A stretch of DNA of 64,000 nt from an uncultured Candidatus Entotheonella sp. (GCA_965215335.1 CBDCDA010000001.1:1984001-2048000); one strand, 5' to 3'; shown: positions 20,166-30,738, counted from the first letter of the stretch. The notes: generated by a model not told the origin, from the sequence alone. Numbers and translations: made by a program.

Positions 20166-21428
20166 ATGAGCAGCGATACCGTAATCGTTGACGACCCATT
20201 CGCCATTGCTCAACAGCAGCTGGACGACGTCGCTGAGCATCTGGGCCTGGAGGACGGCATGCGCCGCATCCTGCGCACCCCAAATCGGGAGCTGACTATC
20301 ACCTTCCCGGTGATCATGGATGATGGGCGCATGGAAGTATTTACCGGGCACCGAGTGCAACACAATGTCGCCCGCGGCCCGGCCAAGGGCGGTATTCGCT
20401 ACTCGCCATATGTCACCCTCAACGAGATGCGCGCCCTGTCCATGTGGATGACCTGGAAATGTGCCGTCGTGAATCTGCCCTTTGGCGGTGCGAAGGGTGG
20501 GGTCTGTTGTAACACCAAGGCGCTGTCGCTGCGCGAAATCGAGCGTCTGACGCGGCGCTATACCACTGAAATTGCCTTTTTGATTGGCCCGACCAGCGAC
20601 ATCCCAGCTCCCGACATGTATACCGATGCTCGCGTGATGGCCTGGATGATGGATACGTACAGCATGCACAAGGGGTACTCCGTCCCGGGCGTGGTGACGG
20701 GAAAACCCATCAGCGTTGGCGGCTCCCTGGGGCGTCTGGAGGCGACGGGACGGGGTTGCGTTTATGCCATCATCAATGTGGCTAAGCACGTGGGCATCGA
20801 CCTCGAGGGGGCAACCGCGGTGGTACAGGGCTTTGGCAATGCCGGTTCGGTCGTGGGCAGGCTTCTTGCGGAACTGGGATGCCGGGTCATCGCGGTGAGC
20901 GATTCAAATGGCGGTATCTACTGTGAACACGGGCTCGATTCAGAAGCCCTGCAGGCTTGCAAGCGGGAGACGGGTTCTGTCAGCAATTTCTCGTCGGGCG
21001 ACCGCCTCTCCAATGAGGCGCTTCTCACCCTCCCTTGCGACATTCTGGTACCCGCCGCTCTGGAAAATCAGATCACCGAACGGATTGCGCCAAAGGTGCA
21101 GAGTAAGCTGATCGCCGAGGCGGCAAACGGCCCGACCACGCCGGAAGCAGATGCGATTTTTCAAGATCGCGGCATGACGGTGATCCCCGACATTCTGGCG
21201 AATGCCGGCGGGGTCACAGTCTCCTACTTCGAGTGGGTTCAGAACCTGCAAGAATTTCACTGGAAGGAGAAGCAGGTCAATCAGCAACTCAAGGACGTGA
21301 TGGACGCGGGCTGCGGCCAGGTCGTTGGGCTAGCCGAACGGAAGCACACGAGTTTGCGTACCGCGGCATACATCTTGGCAGTCGATCGCGTCGTCAACGC
21401 GATTCAGGACCGGGGTATTTATCCCTGA
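20166..21428 (+). CDS. gdhA: Glu/Leu/Phe/Val dehydrogenase, probable glutamate dehydrogenase
   Basis: GPAKGGIRY, MTWKCA, GGAKGG, DIPAPD, QGFGNAG, EAANGPTT, PDILANAGGVTVSYFEWVQN. Confidence 0.93.
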   Translation: MSSDTVIVDDPFAIAQQQLDDVAEHLGLEDGMRRILRTPNRELTITFPVIMDDGRMEVFTGHRVQHNVARGPAKGGIRYSPYVTLNEMRALSMWMTWKCAVVNLPFGGAKGGVCCNTKALSLREIERLTRRYTTEIAFLIGPTSDIPAPDMYTDARVMAWMMDTYSMHKGYSVPGVVTGKPISVGGSLGRLEATGRGCVYAIINVAKHVGIDLEGATAVVQGFGNAGSVVGRLLAELGCRVIAVSDSNGGIYCEHGLDSEALQACKRETGSVSNFSSGDRLSNEALLTLPCDILVPAALENQITERIAPKVQSKLIAEAANGPTTPEADAIFQDRGMTVIPDILANAGGVTVSYFEWVQNLQEFHWKEKQVNQQLKDVMDAGCGQVVGLAERKHTSLRTAAYILAVDRVVNAIQDRGIYP

Positions 21429-21499
21429 AGAGGACGTCCTGTTTCACGGTCCTTTGGTGACAGGGCCGTATGCCGGCAATTCGCAGGCGACTGGCTGGC

Positions 21500-21630
21500 A
21501 GTTGTCATTAGCCTCGGGCGTCTCAACGCCGCTGTGGTAAGGACGCTCCCGTGCCCGTCCCGGGCACACTGGGCCCACCTTCTGAGTCATCACGGAAGTC
21601 AAGGATCACCCCGCTGCGCGGACTTGCGTC
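21500..21630 (-). mobile_element. Putative IS110-family non-coding end (bridge-RNA-like) relic, no transposase
   Basis: Minus strand TTGACTTCCGT..AGAAGGTGGGCCCAGT-[GTGCCCG GGA CGGGCAC]-GGGAGCGTCCTTACCACAGCGG..GCCCGAGGCTAA; perfect hairpin atop an internal loop; IS110 resemblance from recall only. Confidence 0.45.
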
Positions 21631-21770
21631 ACGCGACCGCCCCTCAAGTTCGGCCGCCAGGCGTGTCGATGGCGACGTGACGGACCCGCTCGCCGGCGAG
21701 CTATTGGACGGTTTCCGGCGTCACCGACGACCAGCCCTCCTTGTCAGGGCACTTCCAGACGAATGCTGCC

Positions 21771-22568
21771 TCACCGCACCACGCCCGCCAGACTCGTCTC
21801 CTGGATGAAGCGCTGCAGCAACGCGCTGAGCAGTAGCACCGGGACCGTCATGATCACCGCGGCGACGGCGGTGACGAAAGCGTTGCCTTGGTAGAGGTAG
21901 TAGTAGACCTGCAGCGGCATGGTTTTGTCGCCGAGGGTGAGGTAGGTGGCGAGCACGAACTCCTCCCACGACAGTAGCCAGACGAGCAGGGCGGCGACGA
22001 TGACGCCGGGCAGGGCGAGGGGGATGACGACATACGCCAAGGTGCGCCACAGGTTGCAGCCGTCGAGGGCGGCGGCCTCTTCCACGTCGCGCGGGATGTT
22101 GCCGAAGGCGGTGGTGAGCACCCAGGCGGCGACCGGCAGCGCCATCGGCAGGTGGGCCAGCGTGAGACCGAAGGCGGTGTCCATCAGGCCCCAACGCAGG
22201 AACACCACGGCGATGGGCATGGCCACGCTGACCTCCGGCAGCATGCGGCAGAGGAACAGGCCGGTCAGAACCCCGTAGCGCCAGCGCAGCGGCAACTGCA
22301 CCAGGCTGTACGCCGCCGGGCCAGCCAGAAGCAGCGCCAGCACGGTGGCGCCGCTGGCCACCAGCAGGCTTTTGCGCAACGGCGCACCGATCTGCCTGCT
22401 TTCGATGACGCGCTGCCAGTGGCGCCACGTGAGACCGCGCGGCACCAGGGTCGGGTGTGCGGTCATCACCTCGGCTGGCGGACTCAATGAAATTTTCAGC
22501 AATCCATATAGCGGTGTGGCGGCGAACAGCACCATCACCACCAGGAACGGCACCCGCAAGCTCCTCAC
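21771..22568 (-). CDS. Carbohydrate ABC transporter permease (MalG-like)
   Basis: IPRDVEEAAALDGC EAA motif, SWEEF; GTG start overlapping upstream TGA. Confidence 0.9.
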   Translation of the reverse strand: MRSLRVPFLVVMVLFAATPLYGLLKISLSPPAEVMTAHPTLVPRGLTWRHWQRVIESRQIGAPLRKSLLVASGATVLALLLAGPAAYSLVQLPLRWRYGVLTGLFLCRMLPEVSVAMPIAVVFLRWGLMDTAFGLTLAHLPMALPVAAWVLTTAFGNIPRDVEEAAALDGCNLWRTLAYVVIPLALPGVIVAALLVWLLSWEEFVLATYLTLGDKTMPLQVYYYLYQGNAFVTAVAAVIMTVPVLLLSALLQRFIQETSLAGVVR

Positions 22569-23398
22569 CGCAGCACCTCCTCGCGTCCGGCGAGCTTCAG
22601 GTAGGCGGCCACGGCTACCAGAATCAGCAGCAACAGCAGGGTACTGCTCGCCGCCGCGGTGTGCGGATTGCCGTATTCCAGGTATTCGACGTAGGCATAG
22701 GTGGACAGCACCGGCAGGTTGCGCCCGGTGAGCGCCAGCGGCAGGGCGAAGATGCGGAACGCATCCACACCGCGCACGATCAGCGCCATGGTGATGGCAG
22801 GCCGCAGCAGCGGCAGGGTGATGCGTTGGAACTGCTGCCACGGCGTGGCGCCGTCGGTGCGGGCGGCTTCGTAGAGTTGGCGGGGAATGGCTTGCAGGCC
22901 GGCGAGCAGGATGAGCATGACCAGGGGCGTGACCTTCCAGGCGTCGGCCACCGCCACCGTAACCACGGCCAGCCAGCGGCTGCCGGTCCAGTCAATGGGC
23001 AGGTCGATCACGCCCAGACGGTACAGCACCTCGTTCAAATAGCCGGCAGTGCCGAAGACGTAGCGCATTGCCGAGGCGGCAACGATTGTCGGCACCCCCA
23101 ACGGCACCAGCAGCGCGACGCGCGCCCATCCCTGGGCGCGCCGGCGCTCCGCCAAGGCCAGTGCGGCGGCCAGGCCGAGCACCAATTCCAGGCTCAGGCC
23201 GAGGGCCGTCACCAGCAGCGTGTTGGCGACGGCCTCGCCGAACTGATAGTGCGAGATGATGGCATGATACGCACCCAGCCCCCAGTCGCCTTGCGGCGTT
23301 TGCAAGCTAAGCAGCAGGGTGGAGATGACGGGAACGAGGGTCAGGGCAGCGAGATACAGGGTGAGGGGCGCCAAGCCAATCAGATGGCGCCATTTCAC
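22565..23398 (-). CDS. Carbohydrate ABC transporter permease (MalF-like)
   Basis: DAWKVTP, LAGLQAIPRQLYEAARTDGA, ITLPLLRP. Confidence 0.9.
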   Translation of the reverse strand: MKWRHLIGLAPLTLYLAALTLVPVISTLLLSLQTPQGDWGLGAYHAIISHYQFGEAVANTLLVTALGLSLELVLGLAAALALAERRRAQGWARVALLVPLGVPTIVAASAMRYVFGTAGYLNEVLYRLGVIDLPIDWTGSRWLAVVTVAVADAWKVTPLVMLILLAGLQAIPRQLYEAARTDGATPWQQFQRITLPLLRPAITMALIVRGVDAFRIFALPLALTGRNLPVLSTYAYVEYLEYGNPHTAAASSTLLLLLILVAVAAYLKLAGREEVLR

Positions 23399-24600
23399 TC
23401 ACGCTTCCTCAGGGCATCGAGGCGTTTGGCGATGGGCGGCAGCACCGTTGCGGGGTTCTCGGCGCGCCACAGGATGCGCTGCACGGCCTCATTGGCGAGA
23501 CGTTCGTAATCGGCCCAGTAGCCGACGTTGGCGCGAAAGACGCCGTGGCTCAGGGCTTCCTGGACGGCCTCGGTGTGCGGGCGCATCCACGCCTCGGTGA
23601 CGGTACGGACGTCCGACCGCAGGCTGGGCCAGCCGAGCCGTTCGCCCAGCGCTTCTTGCACCATGCGGCTTTGCAGGAATTGGATCATCGCCAGGGCCAG
23701 CCGCCGGTGGCGGGCGCCGACCGGGATGCCGAGCACGTCGCCGCCGATAACGTGCGCCTGCCGCGCGGGGCCGGCCCAGCCGCTGTAGGTGCGGATGGCC
23801 GTCTTGCCGTAGTCCTTCACCAGCAGGGGCACGCCGAACGGCCAGTTCTGGGCCAGGAACGCGACGTCCTGGGCCAGGGCGTCGTTGGTCGTGTCCCACT
23901 TGGCGCGGCGCGACTCGGGCGAGAGGTAGGGGCGCAGGGAAGCCAGGAACTCGAACGCGGCGACGGTGCCGGGGTGGGCAAAGTCGAATGGATCCCCGCC
24001 GGCGGCAACGATCCATTCGTAGAGCTGGGTGGTCGTCGGCGCCCCGCCGACGCCCTTGAGCAGCACCCTGCCGATGCCGTCCCGCTCCGCGAAGGCGCGC
24101 GCCACGGCGAGGAGTTCCGGCCAGGTGCGCGGCGGCTGCAGGTCGTATTCGGCAAACTTGTCGGCGTTGTAATAGGCGATCTGCACGTTGGGTCGGAAGG
24201 GGACGAAGTAACGCTGATCGTCGATGACGCCGGCGGCCTGCAGGGCCGGGTACACCGACTTGGACATTTTGGATTCCGCATCCGTCAGGGGGGAGACCAG
24301 CCCGGCGTCCACCAGTTCCTGCAGCCGCATGTTATCCTGGGCGAAGAGATCGATATCCATGCGACCGGCCTGCTGCATGGACCGCAGCCGCCGTACCAGG
24401 GTCTCCGGCGGCACGTCGATGGCGCGCACCATGCAGGCGCACAGGATTTCAAACGTCGGCAGGATATCTTGCCGCATCACCTGCCACTCGGCCTCCGCCA
24501 GCCGCATCGTCACGGTCAGCGTCGATTTCTCGGCCTCGGCCGCCGCCCAGACCGGCAGCATCGCCAGAATGCCGAGCACCACGAACAACCACCGCATCAT
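23395..24600 (-). CDS. Sugar ABC transporter substrate-binding protein
   Basis: Signal peptide; YYNADKF..PPRTWPEL, NWP, VIGGDVLGI; operon with two permeases. Confidence 0.85.
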   Translation of the reverse strand: MMRWLFVVLGILAMLPVWAAAEAEKSTLTVTMRLAEAEWQVMRQDILPTFEILCACMVRAIDVPPETLVRRLRSMQQAGRMDIDLFAQDNMRLQELVDAGLVSPLTDAESKMSKSVYPALQAAGVIDDQRYFVPFRPNVQIAYYNADKFAEYDLQPPRTWPELLAVARAFAERDGIGRVLLKGVGGAPTTTQLYEWIVAAGGDPFDFAHPGTVAAFEFLASLRPYLSPESRRAKWDTTNDALAQDVAFLAQNWPFGVPLLVKDYGKTAIRTYSGWAGPARQAHVIGGDVLGIPVGARHRRLALAMIQFLQSRMVQEALGERLGWPSLRSDVRTVTEAWMRPHTEAVQEALSHGVFRANVGYWADYERLANEAVQRILWRAENPATVLPPIAKRLDALRKRE

Positions 24601-24771
24601 GCCGCCTCTCCCTTGGTCAAACTGTTTCCGCAACCGCCGAAAGCGCTTCCCATGCCCAGGCACCGCATGGGCGGGGCATGCGGCGTGCTGATTCAAAGAT
24701 GGTTCAATTGGAAAAATCGAACCGTGCATCGCGGCTCCGACCTACATTGAACCATAACACGGCGGCATTGG

Positions 24772-27099
24772 CTAGCCCCGTGTCTGCCCGTTGGAAGCCG
24801 GCTGGGCGGGGCGGGCGGTAGCGCCGAGGCGGTCAACGCGCTGAAAGCCGCGGGGCAGCTTGACGCCGTGCTGGGCGCGGGCGGCGGTGTAGTGGGCGAT
24901 GTCGGCGGGTTTGAGGGTCAGGTGGCGCTGACCGCAGTAGAGCGTCAAGGATTGACCGCTGGCCAGGCAGGTGAGGGCGACCAGGGCGTCTTGGCGCGCC
25001 GCGGCCTGCGTGGCGGGAATGGCGATGAGTCTGGCACCCTTGCCTTTGACCAGGTGCGGCAGTTGTGCGAGGGGAAACACCAGCAGGCGGCCCTGGCTGG
25101 TGACCGCGGCGACAAAATCCGCGCTGTCGCCGAGCGGCTTGGGCGGCAGCACCCGGCTGTTTCGCGGCAGGGTGAGCACGGACTTGCCGATGCGTTGCCG
25201 CGACTGCAAATCCTCCAGGGTCGTCACAAACCCATAGCCGGCGTCCGACGCCACCACGTAGCGATCCGCCGCGTCCCCCAGAATCACCCCGATGAACGAG
25301 GCGCCGTCCGGCGGGCTCAGCCGCCCGGTCAGCGGTTCGCCCTGGCCGCGTGCCGAGGGCAGGCCGTGGGCGGGCAGGGCGTAGCTCCTGCCGGTCGAAT
25401 CCAGGAAGACGGCCAATTGCGTGCTCTTGCCGCGCGCCGCGGCCAGGAATTGGTCCCCTGCCTTGTAATTGAGCGTTTCCGGGTTGATCTCGTGCCCCTT
25501 GGCGGCGCGCACCCAGCCCTTCTCGGACAGCACCACGGTCACCGGCTCGCTGGGCAGCATGGCGTTTTCGGCGAGGGCTTGCGCCGGCAGCCGCTCGACC
25601 AGGGGGGAACGCCGGGCGTCGCCGTAGGTGTCGGCGTCCTTTTGCAACTCCTTGCGCATCAACGTTTGCAGGCGCCGGGACGACGACAGCAGCTTTGCCA
25701 GGTCCTGCCGCTCGGCGTCGAGGCGCTTCTGTTCCCTCTGAATGGCGATTTCTTCCAGCCGCGCCAAGCGGCGCAACCGCAAGTCCAGAATGGCGTCCGT
25801 CTGAGAGTCGCTGAGGCCGAAGCGCGCCATCAGGGCGGCCTTTGGCGCCTCCTCGTTGCGGATGATGGCGATGACCGCGTCGACGTTGAGGTAGGCGACG
25901 AGCAGCCCCTCCAGGATGTGCAAACGCTGCAGCACGCGGTCGAGTCGGAACTGCAGGCGCCGGCGCACGGTGTCGGCGCGGAACTCCAGCCATTCCTTCA
26001 GCACGGCGCGCAAATTCTTGACCTGCGGGCGCCTGTCCAGCCCGATCATGTTGAAATTGACGCGGTAGGGGCGTTCCAGGTCGGTGGTGGCGAAGAGGTG
26101 CGACATGACGGTATCCGCCGGGGTGCGCGTGGAGGACAGCACGATGACCAGGCGGGTGGGGTTTTCGTGGTCCGACTCGTCGCGCAGGTCGACCACCATG
26201 GGTAGCTTCTTGGCGCGCAGTTGGGCGGCGATCTGCTCCAGCACCTTGGCGCCGGAGACCTGATACGGCAGCGACGTGACCACGATGGCTTCCGCTTCCC
26301 GCTGGTAACGCGCCCGCATGCGCAGCGAACCGGAACCGGTCTCGTACAGGCGCACGATTTCCTCGCGCGGCGTGATGATTTCCGCCTCGGTGGGAAAATC
26401 CGGCGCCCGCACGAACTCGCAGATCTCTTCGACCGACGCGGAGGGCCTTTCCAGCAAATGGATGCAGGCGTTGGCAACCTCGCGCAGGTTATGCGGCGGG
26501 ATGTCCGTCGCCATGCCGACGGCGATGCCAGTGGCGCCGTTGAGCAGCACGTGCGGCAGGCGCGCCGGCAGGAAGGCGGGTTCGTTCAGGGTGCCGTCGA
26601 AGTTGGGCGTCCAGTCCACCGTTCCCTGGCCGATTTCGGAGAGCAGCATGTCGGCGAACGGCGTCAGCCGCGCCTCGGTATAGCGCATGGCGGCGAAGGA
26701 TTTGGGATCGTCGGGCGAACCGAAGTTGCCCTGCCCGTCGACCAGCGGATAGCGGTACGAAAAGGGCTGCGCCATCAGCACCATGGCCTCATAGCAGGCC
26801 GTCTCGCCGTGCGGGTGGAACTTGCCGATGACGTCGCCAACGGTGCGCGCGGCCTTCTTGGGCTTGGCCTGCGACGACAGGTTGAGCTCCGACATGGCGT
26901 AGACGATGCGCCGCTGCACGGGCTTGAGGCCGTCGCTGACGTGCGGCAGGGCACGGTCGAGGATGACGTACATGGAGTAGGACAGGTAGGCCCGCTCGGT
27001 GTACGCCTTGAGGGGGAGTCGTTCCACACCGTTCGCGTCTGCCAGGACGGTGGCCGTCTGCCAGGACGGTGGCCGTCTGCCAGTCGTGTCGATTGCCAT
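24772..27099 (-). CDS. parC: DNA topoisomerase IV subunit A
   Basis: [35 protein letters not shown] catalytic Tyr, [15 protein letters not shown] coupling to parE. Confidence 0.95.
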   Translation of the reverse strand: MAIDTTGRRPPSWQTATVLADANGVERLPLKAYTERAYLSYSMYVILDRALPHVSDGLKPVQRRIVYAMSELNLSSQAKPKKAARTVGDVIGKFHPHGETACYEAMVLMAQPFSYRYPLVDGQGNFGSPDDPKSFAAMRYTEARLTPFADMLLSEIGQGTVDWTPNFDGTLNEPAFLPARLPHVLLNGATGIAVGMATDIPPHNLREVANACIHLLERPSASVEEICEFVRAPDFPTEAEIITPREEIVRLYETGSGSLRMRARYQREAEAIVVTSLPYQVSGAKVLEQIAAQLRAKKLPMVVDLRDESDHENPTRLVIVLSSTRTPADTVMSHLFATTDLERPYRVNFNMIGLDRRPQVKNLRAVLKEWLEFRADTVRRRLQFRLDRVLQRLHILEGLLVAYLNVDAVIAIIRNEEAPKAALMARFGLSDSQTDAILDLRLRRLARLEEIAIQREQKRLDAERQDLAKLLSSSRRLQTLMRKELQKDADTYGDARRSPLVERLPAQALAENAMLPSEPVTVVLSEKGWVRAAKGHEINPETLNYKAGDQFLAAARGKSTQLAVFLDSTGRSYALPAHGLPSARGQGEPLTGRLSPPDGASFIGVILGDAADRYVVASDAGYGFVTTLEDLQSRQRIGKSVLTLPRNSRVLPPKPLGDSADFVAAVTSQGRLLVFPLAQLPHLVKGKGARLIAIPATQAAARQDALVALTCLASGQSLTLYCGQRHLTLKPADIAHYTAARAQHGVKLPRGFQRVDRLGATARPAQPASNGQTRG
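27036..27083. repeat. 19-bp tandem repeat (2.5 copies) in parC 5' end
   Basis: CGTCTGCCAGGACGGTGGC at 27036 and 27055 plus partial CGTCTGCCAG at 27074. Confidence 0.9.
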
Positions 27100-29000
27100 T
27101 ACACCTCCGCCAGATTGCCGTTGTGTTCCAGCCACGCCTTGCGGTCGGCGGCGCGCTTCTTGGCCAGAAGCATGTCCATGAGGGATGGGGTATCGTCGCC
27201 TGCCTCGATGGTGAGTTGCACCAGGCGGCGGGTATCGGGGTTGAGGGTGGTGTGGCGCAGTTGCAGCGGATTCATCTCACCCAGGCCCTTGAAGCGCAGC
27301 ACCGTCGGCTTCTGGCTGGCAGGCTTTGTCCCACCCGTCCGCCCGGTGGCGATGCGATCCAGGATGCCGTCGCGCTCGGCGTCGTCGAGGGCGTAGAAGA
27401 CCTCCTGTCCCATGTCGATGCGGTACAGCGGTGGCATGGCGACGTAGACGTGGCCGGTGCTGACGAGTGGCCGGAAATGGCGGACGAACAGGGCGCAGAG
27501 CAGGGTGGCGATGTGGGCGCCGTCGGAGTCGGCGTCGGCGAGGATGCAGATCTTGCCGTAGCGCAGGTCGTCGAGGTTGTGCGAGCCCGGTTCGACGCCG
27601 ATGGCCAGGGCGATGTCGTGCACCTCCTGCGATCCGAGCACCTGGGCGGGATCGACCTCCCAGGTGTTGAGGATTTTGCCGCGCAGGGGCATGACGGCCT
27701 GAAATTCCTTGTTGCGCGCCTGTTTGGTGGAGCCGCCAGCGGAATCGCCCTCGACCAGGAACAGCTCGGTGCGCGCCAGGTCCTGCACCGTGCAGTCGGT
27801 CAGCTTGCCGGGCAGGGTGGGGCCGGTGGTGACGCGCTTGCGCACCACTTTCTTGCTGCTTTGCAGGCGTTTCTGGGCGTTGCGGATGACCAGCAGCGCC
27901 ACCTGCTCGCCGACCTCGGTGTGCTGGTGCAGCCACAGGCTGAGGGCGTCCTTGACGGCGCCGGAAACGAAGGCGGCGCACTGACGCGAGGCGAGGCGCT
28001 CCTTGGTCTGGCCGGTAAACTGCGGGTCGTGCAGCTTGACCGACAGCAAGTAGCTGCACGACTCCCACACGTCATCGGGGGCCAGACGCACGCCGCGTGG
28101 CAGCAGGTTGCGAAACTCGCAGAACTCGCGGATGGCCTCCGTGAGTCCGGTGCGCAGGCCGTTGACGTGCGTGCCGCCCTGCGAGGTGGGGATCAGGTTG
28201 ACGTAGCTCTCCGTCACCTCGATGTCGCCATCCGGCAGCCACGCGACGGCCCAGTCGGCCGTTTCCTGCGCGCCTTCCATACAGCCCACGAAGGCGTTTT
28301 CGGGCAGGCAGGGCGCCCCGTCCAGGGTGTCGAGCAGGTACGCCCGCAGGCCGTCCTGGTAATGCCACGTCATCTGCTCGCCGGTCTTGGCGTTACGAAA
28401 GCGCACTTGCAGGCCGGGGCACAGGACCGCCTTGGCGCGCAGGAGGTGCAACAGGTGCGGCAGGGAGAAGTTGACGGTCTCGAAGTACGCGGCGTCGGGC
28501 CAGAAACGCACGGTGGTGCCGGTGCGGCGGCCGCAGGGTCCCACCGCTTCCAGTTCGGACGTCTTGTCGCCGTTGGCGAACGTCATGCGGTATTCCTGCC
28601 CGTCGCGCCGCACCCCGACTTCCAGCCGCGCGGACAGAGCGTTGACCACGGACACGCCGACGCCGTGCAGGCCGCCCGAGAAGCGATAGTTCTTGTTGGA
28701 GAACTTGCCGCCGGCGTGCAGGCGGGTCAGGATGACCTCCACGCCGGGCACCTGCTCCTCGGGGTGCAGGTCCACCGGCATGCCGCGCCCGTCGTCGCGC
28801 ACCTCCAGGGAGTTGTCTTCGTACAGGGCGACGTCGAGGCGCCTGGCGTAGCCGGCGATGGCTTCGTCGACGCTGTTGTCGATGACTTCGTGCGCCAGGT
28901 GGTTGGGGCGGGTGGTGTCGGTGAACATGCCGGGGCGTTTGCGAACGGGGTCGAGGCCGCTGAGGACTTCAATGGCTGCGGCATCATAGGATTCGGGCAT
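27099..29000 (-). CDS. parE: DNA topoisomerase IV subunit B
   Basis: [75 protein letters not shown]. Confidence 0.95.
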   Translation of the reverse strand: MPESYDAAAIEVLSGLDPVRKRPGMFTDTTRPNHLAHEVIDNSVDEAIAGYARRLDVALYEDNSLEVRDDGRGMPVDLHPEEQVPGVEVILTRLHAGGKFSNKNYRFSGGLHGVGVSVVNALSARLEVGVRRDGQEYRMTFANGDKTSELEAVGPCGRRTGTTVRFWPDAAYFETVNFSLPHLLHLLRAKAVLCPGLQVRFRNAKTGEQMTWHYQDGLRAYLLDTLDGAPCLPENAFVGCMEGAQETADWAVAWLPDGDIEVTESYVNLIPTSQGGTHVNGLRTGLTEAIREFCEFRNLLPRGVRLAPDDVWESCSYLLSVKLHDPQFTGQTKERLASRQCAAFVSGAVKDALSLWLHQHTEVGEQVALLVIRNAQKRLQSSKKVVRKRVTTGPTLPGKLTDCTVQDLARTELFLVEGDSAGGSTKQARNKEFQAVMPLRGKILNTWEVDPAQVLGSQEVHDIALAIGVEPGSHNLDDLRYGKICILADADSDGAHIATLLCALFVRHFRPLVSTGHVYVAMPPLYRIDMGQEVFYALDDAERDGILDRIATGRTGGTKPASQKPTVLRFKGLGEMNPLQLRHTTLNPDTRRLVQLTIEAGDDTPSLMDMLLAKKRAADRKAWLEHNGNLAEV

Positions 29001-29058
29001 GGAAGCGACCTTCTGCTGGGGCTTGGGAGGACCGGCAGGCGGGGCCGACTTTGCCGCT

Positions 29059-30037
29059 CTACCGGGATGCGGTTTGACGCGCCTCGTACCGGGCATGGGC
29101 CGTTTCGATGGCTTCCAGGCGCTGAGTGCGCAACGCTTCGCGAACGTTACGGGCCCAGGCGTTGGAGCTGACCGTGCCGGCCAGGGAACCGTTGTAGCGG
29201 GGCATGACGTAACGGGCCAGCAACTCATAGCTGTGGAGAATTTTTTCCCGCGGAGCCCCACTCGTGCGCCAGGCCCAGCAGGCCGCCGAAGCCGCCGCTG
29301 ATGTTGGCGAGGTGCTCGATGGTGGCAAGGGCGTCGTCCGGCGTGCCGACCAGCCAGACGCCACTTTCGCTCACGGCGTCGATGATGTCATCCGGCGCAG
29401 TGTCGGACGGAAGAGGGAGTCCTGGCGTGTCATGGAACTACTCCTGCAGCCATGCGGCGGCCCCGTGCCGCGCCTCGTCGAGAGCTTGCTGGCACGATTC
29501 GGCGAGGTAGATCGGCATCACCAGCCGCCAGCCTTGACGGTCCATGGTGTTGCCGTGCCGCGCCGCGCTTTCCTCGGCGATCTTCCGCTGCTCGGGCAGC
29601 GCTACGACGCCCCGCACGATGGGGAGAGGCGGCTGCGTGCAGGGCCGCAGGTGCAGGAGCGCGTCACGCAGTTCGAACCAGTCGGTCTTGTAGGTAATGG
29701 GATCGGTCTCGGTCAGAAGGCGTTTGATGATGGTCAGCGACTCGTCCATCATCTCGCGTTGCCGGGCGGGAGCGATGCCCAGCATGTGGGCGTCGGCAGA
29801 CAAGGCACCGGGGCCGAGGCGAAGGTGACGGGTGCGTTCGGCCGCCGTGGCCATGAACACCTCGGGCGCGGCGATGGTTTCCCATCCGGCGCTGTGGTGC
29901 TCGCCGATCCACGCCTCGTCGTAGCCGAGGTGGTCGAGCCACCGGAGCAGATCGAGATCACGCTCCAGGGCCAAGGTGGGATTCTCGCCAAGCCGGTGGA
30001 AGGGCACCAGGAAGATTCCGAACGTCAACCGCTCCAC
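29059..30037 (-). pseudogene. Degraded LLM-class flavin monooxygenase (limonene monooxygenase-like)
   Basis: FGIFLVPFH..ENPTLALERD..YDEAWIGEHHSAGWE start, apparent internal deletions, in-frame TAG at 29438, C-terminus SYELLARYVMP in another frame. Confidence 0.8.
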
Positions 30038-30156
30038 GACAACGTCCTCATGTACGGGACCGCTCGACAAGCCGCCCGTGAATCAGCGGCACGGCGGAGC
30101 ATGAAACCTTAGCACGCGCCCCAATAAGGTACAAGGCGGGGCGCGGGCGGTCCGTG

Positions 30157-30233
30157 GTCGGGCAAGGAGGGGCCATCGCTGGCGACCCCCTCCTCTCAGA
30201 ACCGTGCGTGCGACTTTTCGCCGCTCACGGCTC
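30157..30233 (-). mobile_element. Group II intron 3' relic (domains V and VI)
   Basis: Minus strand GAGCCGTGAGCGGCGAAAAGTCGCACGCACGGTTC (DV, AGC triad, AC bulge) then TGAGAGGAGGGGGTCGCCAGCGATGGCCCCTCCTTGCCCGAC (DVI with GCGA tetraloop, AC end). Confidence 0.85.
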
Positions 30234-30414
30234 GAGCAAACCGCACACCTGCCTTGTGGGATGGAGTACTATGGATGTAAACCTCATCCCGCTGAGGGAT
30301 TGGCCCTTCCTTCAGGCCAGGTGACATGCCCGGTCCCTTCATGCTAGGCTGAGCCAGAGAATAGCTGCTTGGCACCGAGGCACCGGACAGGACCCGTGAA
30401 TGGGATTGCGACAG

Positions 30415-30699
30415 ATGATTACCGTGGGTATGAATTACAAGGTTTTGCAAGGCAAGGAGGTTCAGTTCGAGAAGGTCTGCGCGAATGTTCTGGAGAGCTT
30501 GCAAACGACGGAAGGGCACGCGAAGTCGGCGCTGTACAAGGACGTCCAGGACGTCCAATCCTACCTCATCGTCTCCGAATGGTCTTCGGAAGGCGCCTTC
30601 CAGGCATTTATCCAGTCCGATCAGTTCAAGAAGGTGGTCAATTGGGGCGCGGAGAAGATTTTGAGTGACCGGCCCGTTCACACCGTCTACCGGCAGTAG
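30415..30699 (+). CDS. Antibiotic biosynthesis monooxygenase (ABM) domain protein
   Basis: 94 aa; MITVGMNYKV..GKE..FE, YLIVSEWSS..AF..F..SD.F. Confidence 0.8.
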   Translation: MITVGMNYKVLQGKEVQFEKVCANVLESLQTTEGHAKSALYKDVQDVQSYLIVSEWSSEGAFQAFIQSDQFKKVVNWGAEKILSDRPVHTVYRQ

Positions 30700-30738
30700 G
30701 GGCTGTTGACACCAGCCGACAGGGCCGCGGCGCGTGTC

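Noticed and set aside
21771..24600. Sugar ABC operon lacking an ATPase
   Set aside because: Common arrangement; such transporters often share a MalK/MsmX-type ATPase encoded elsewhere
30157..30700. Diversity-generating retroelement, retron or complete group II intron
   Set aside because: No reverse transcriptase, no template/variable repeat pair, and no room for intron domains I-IV
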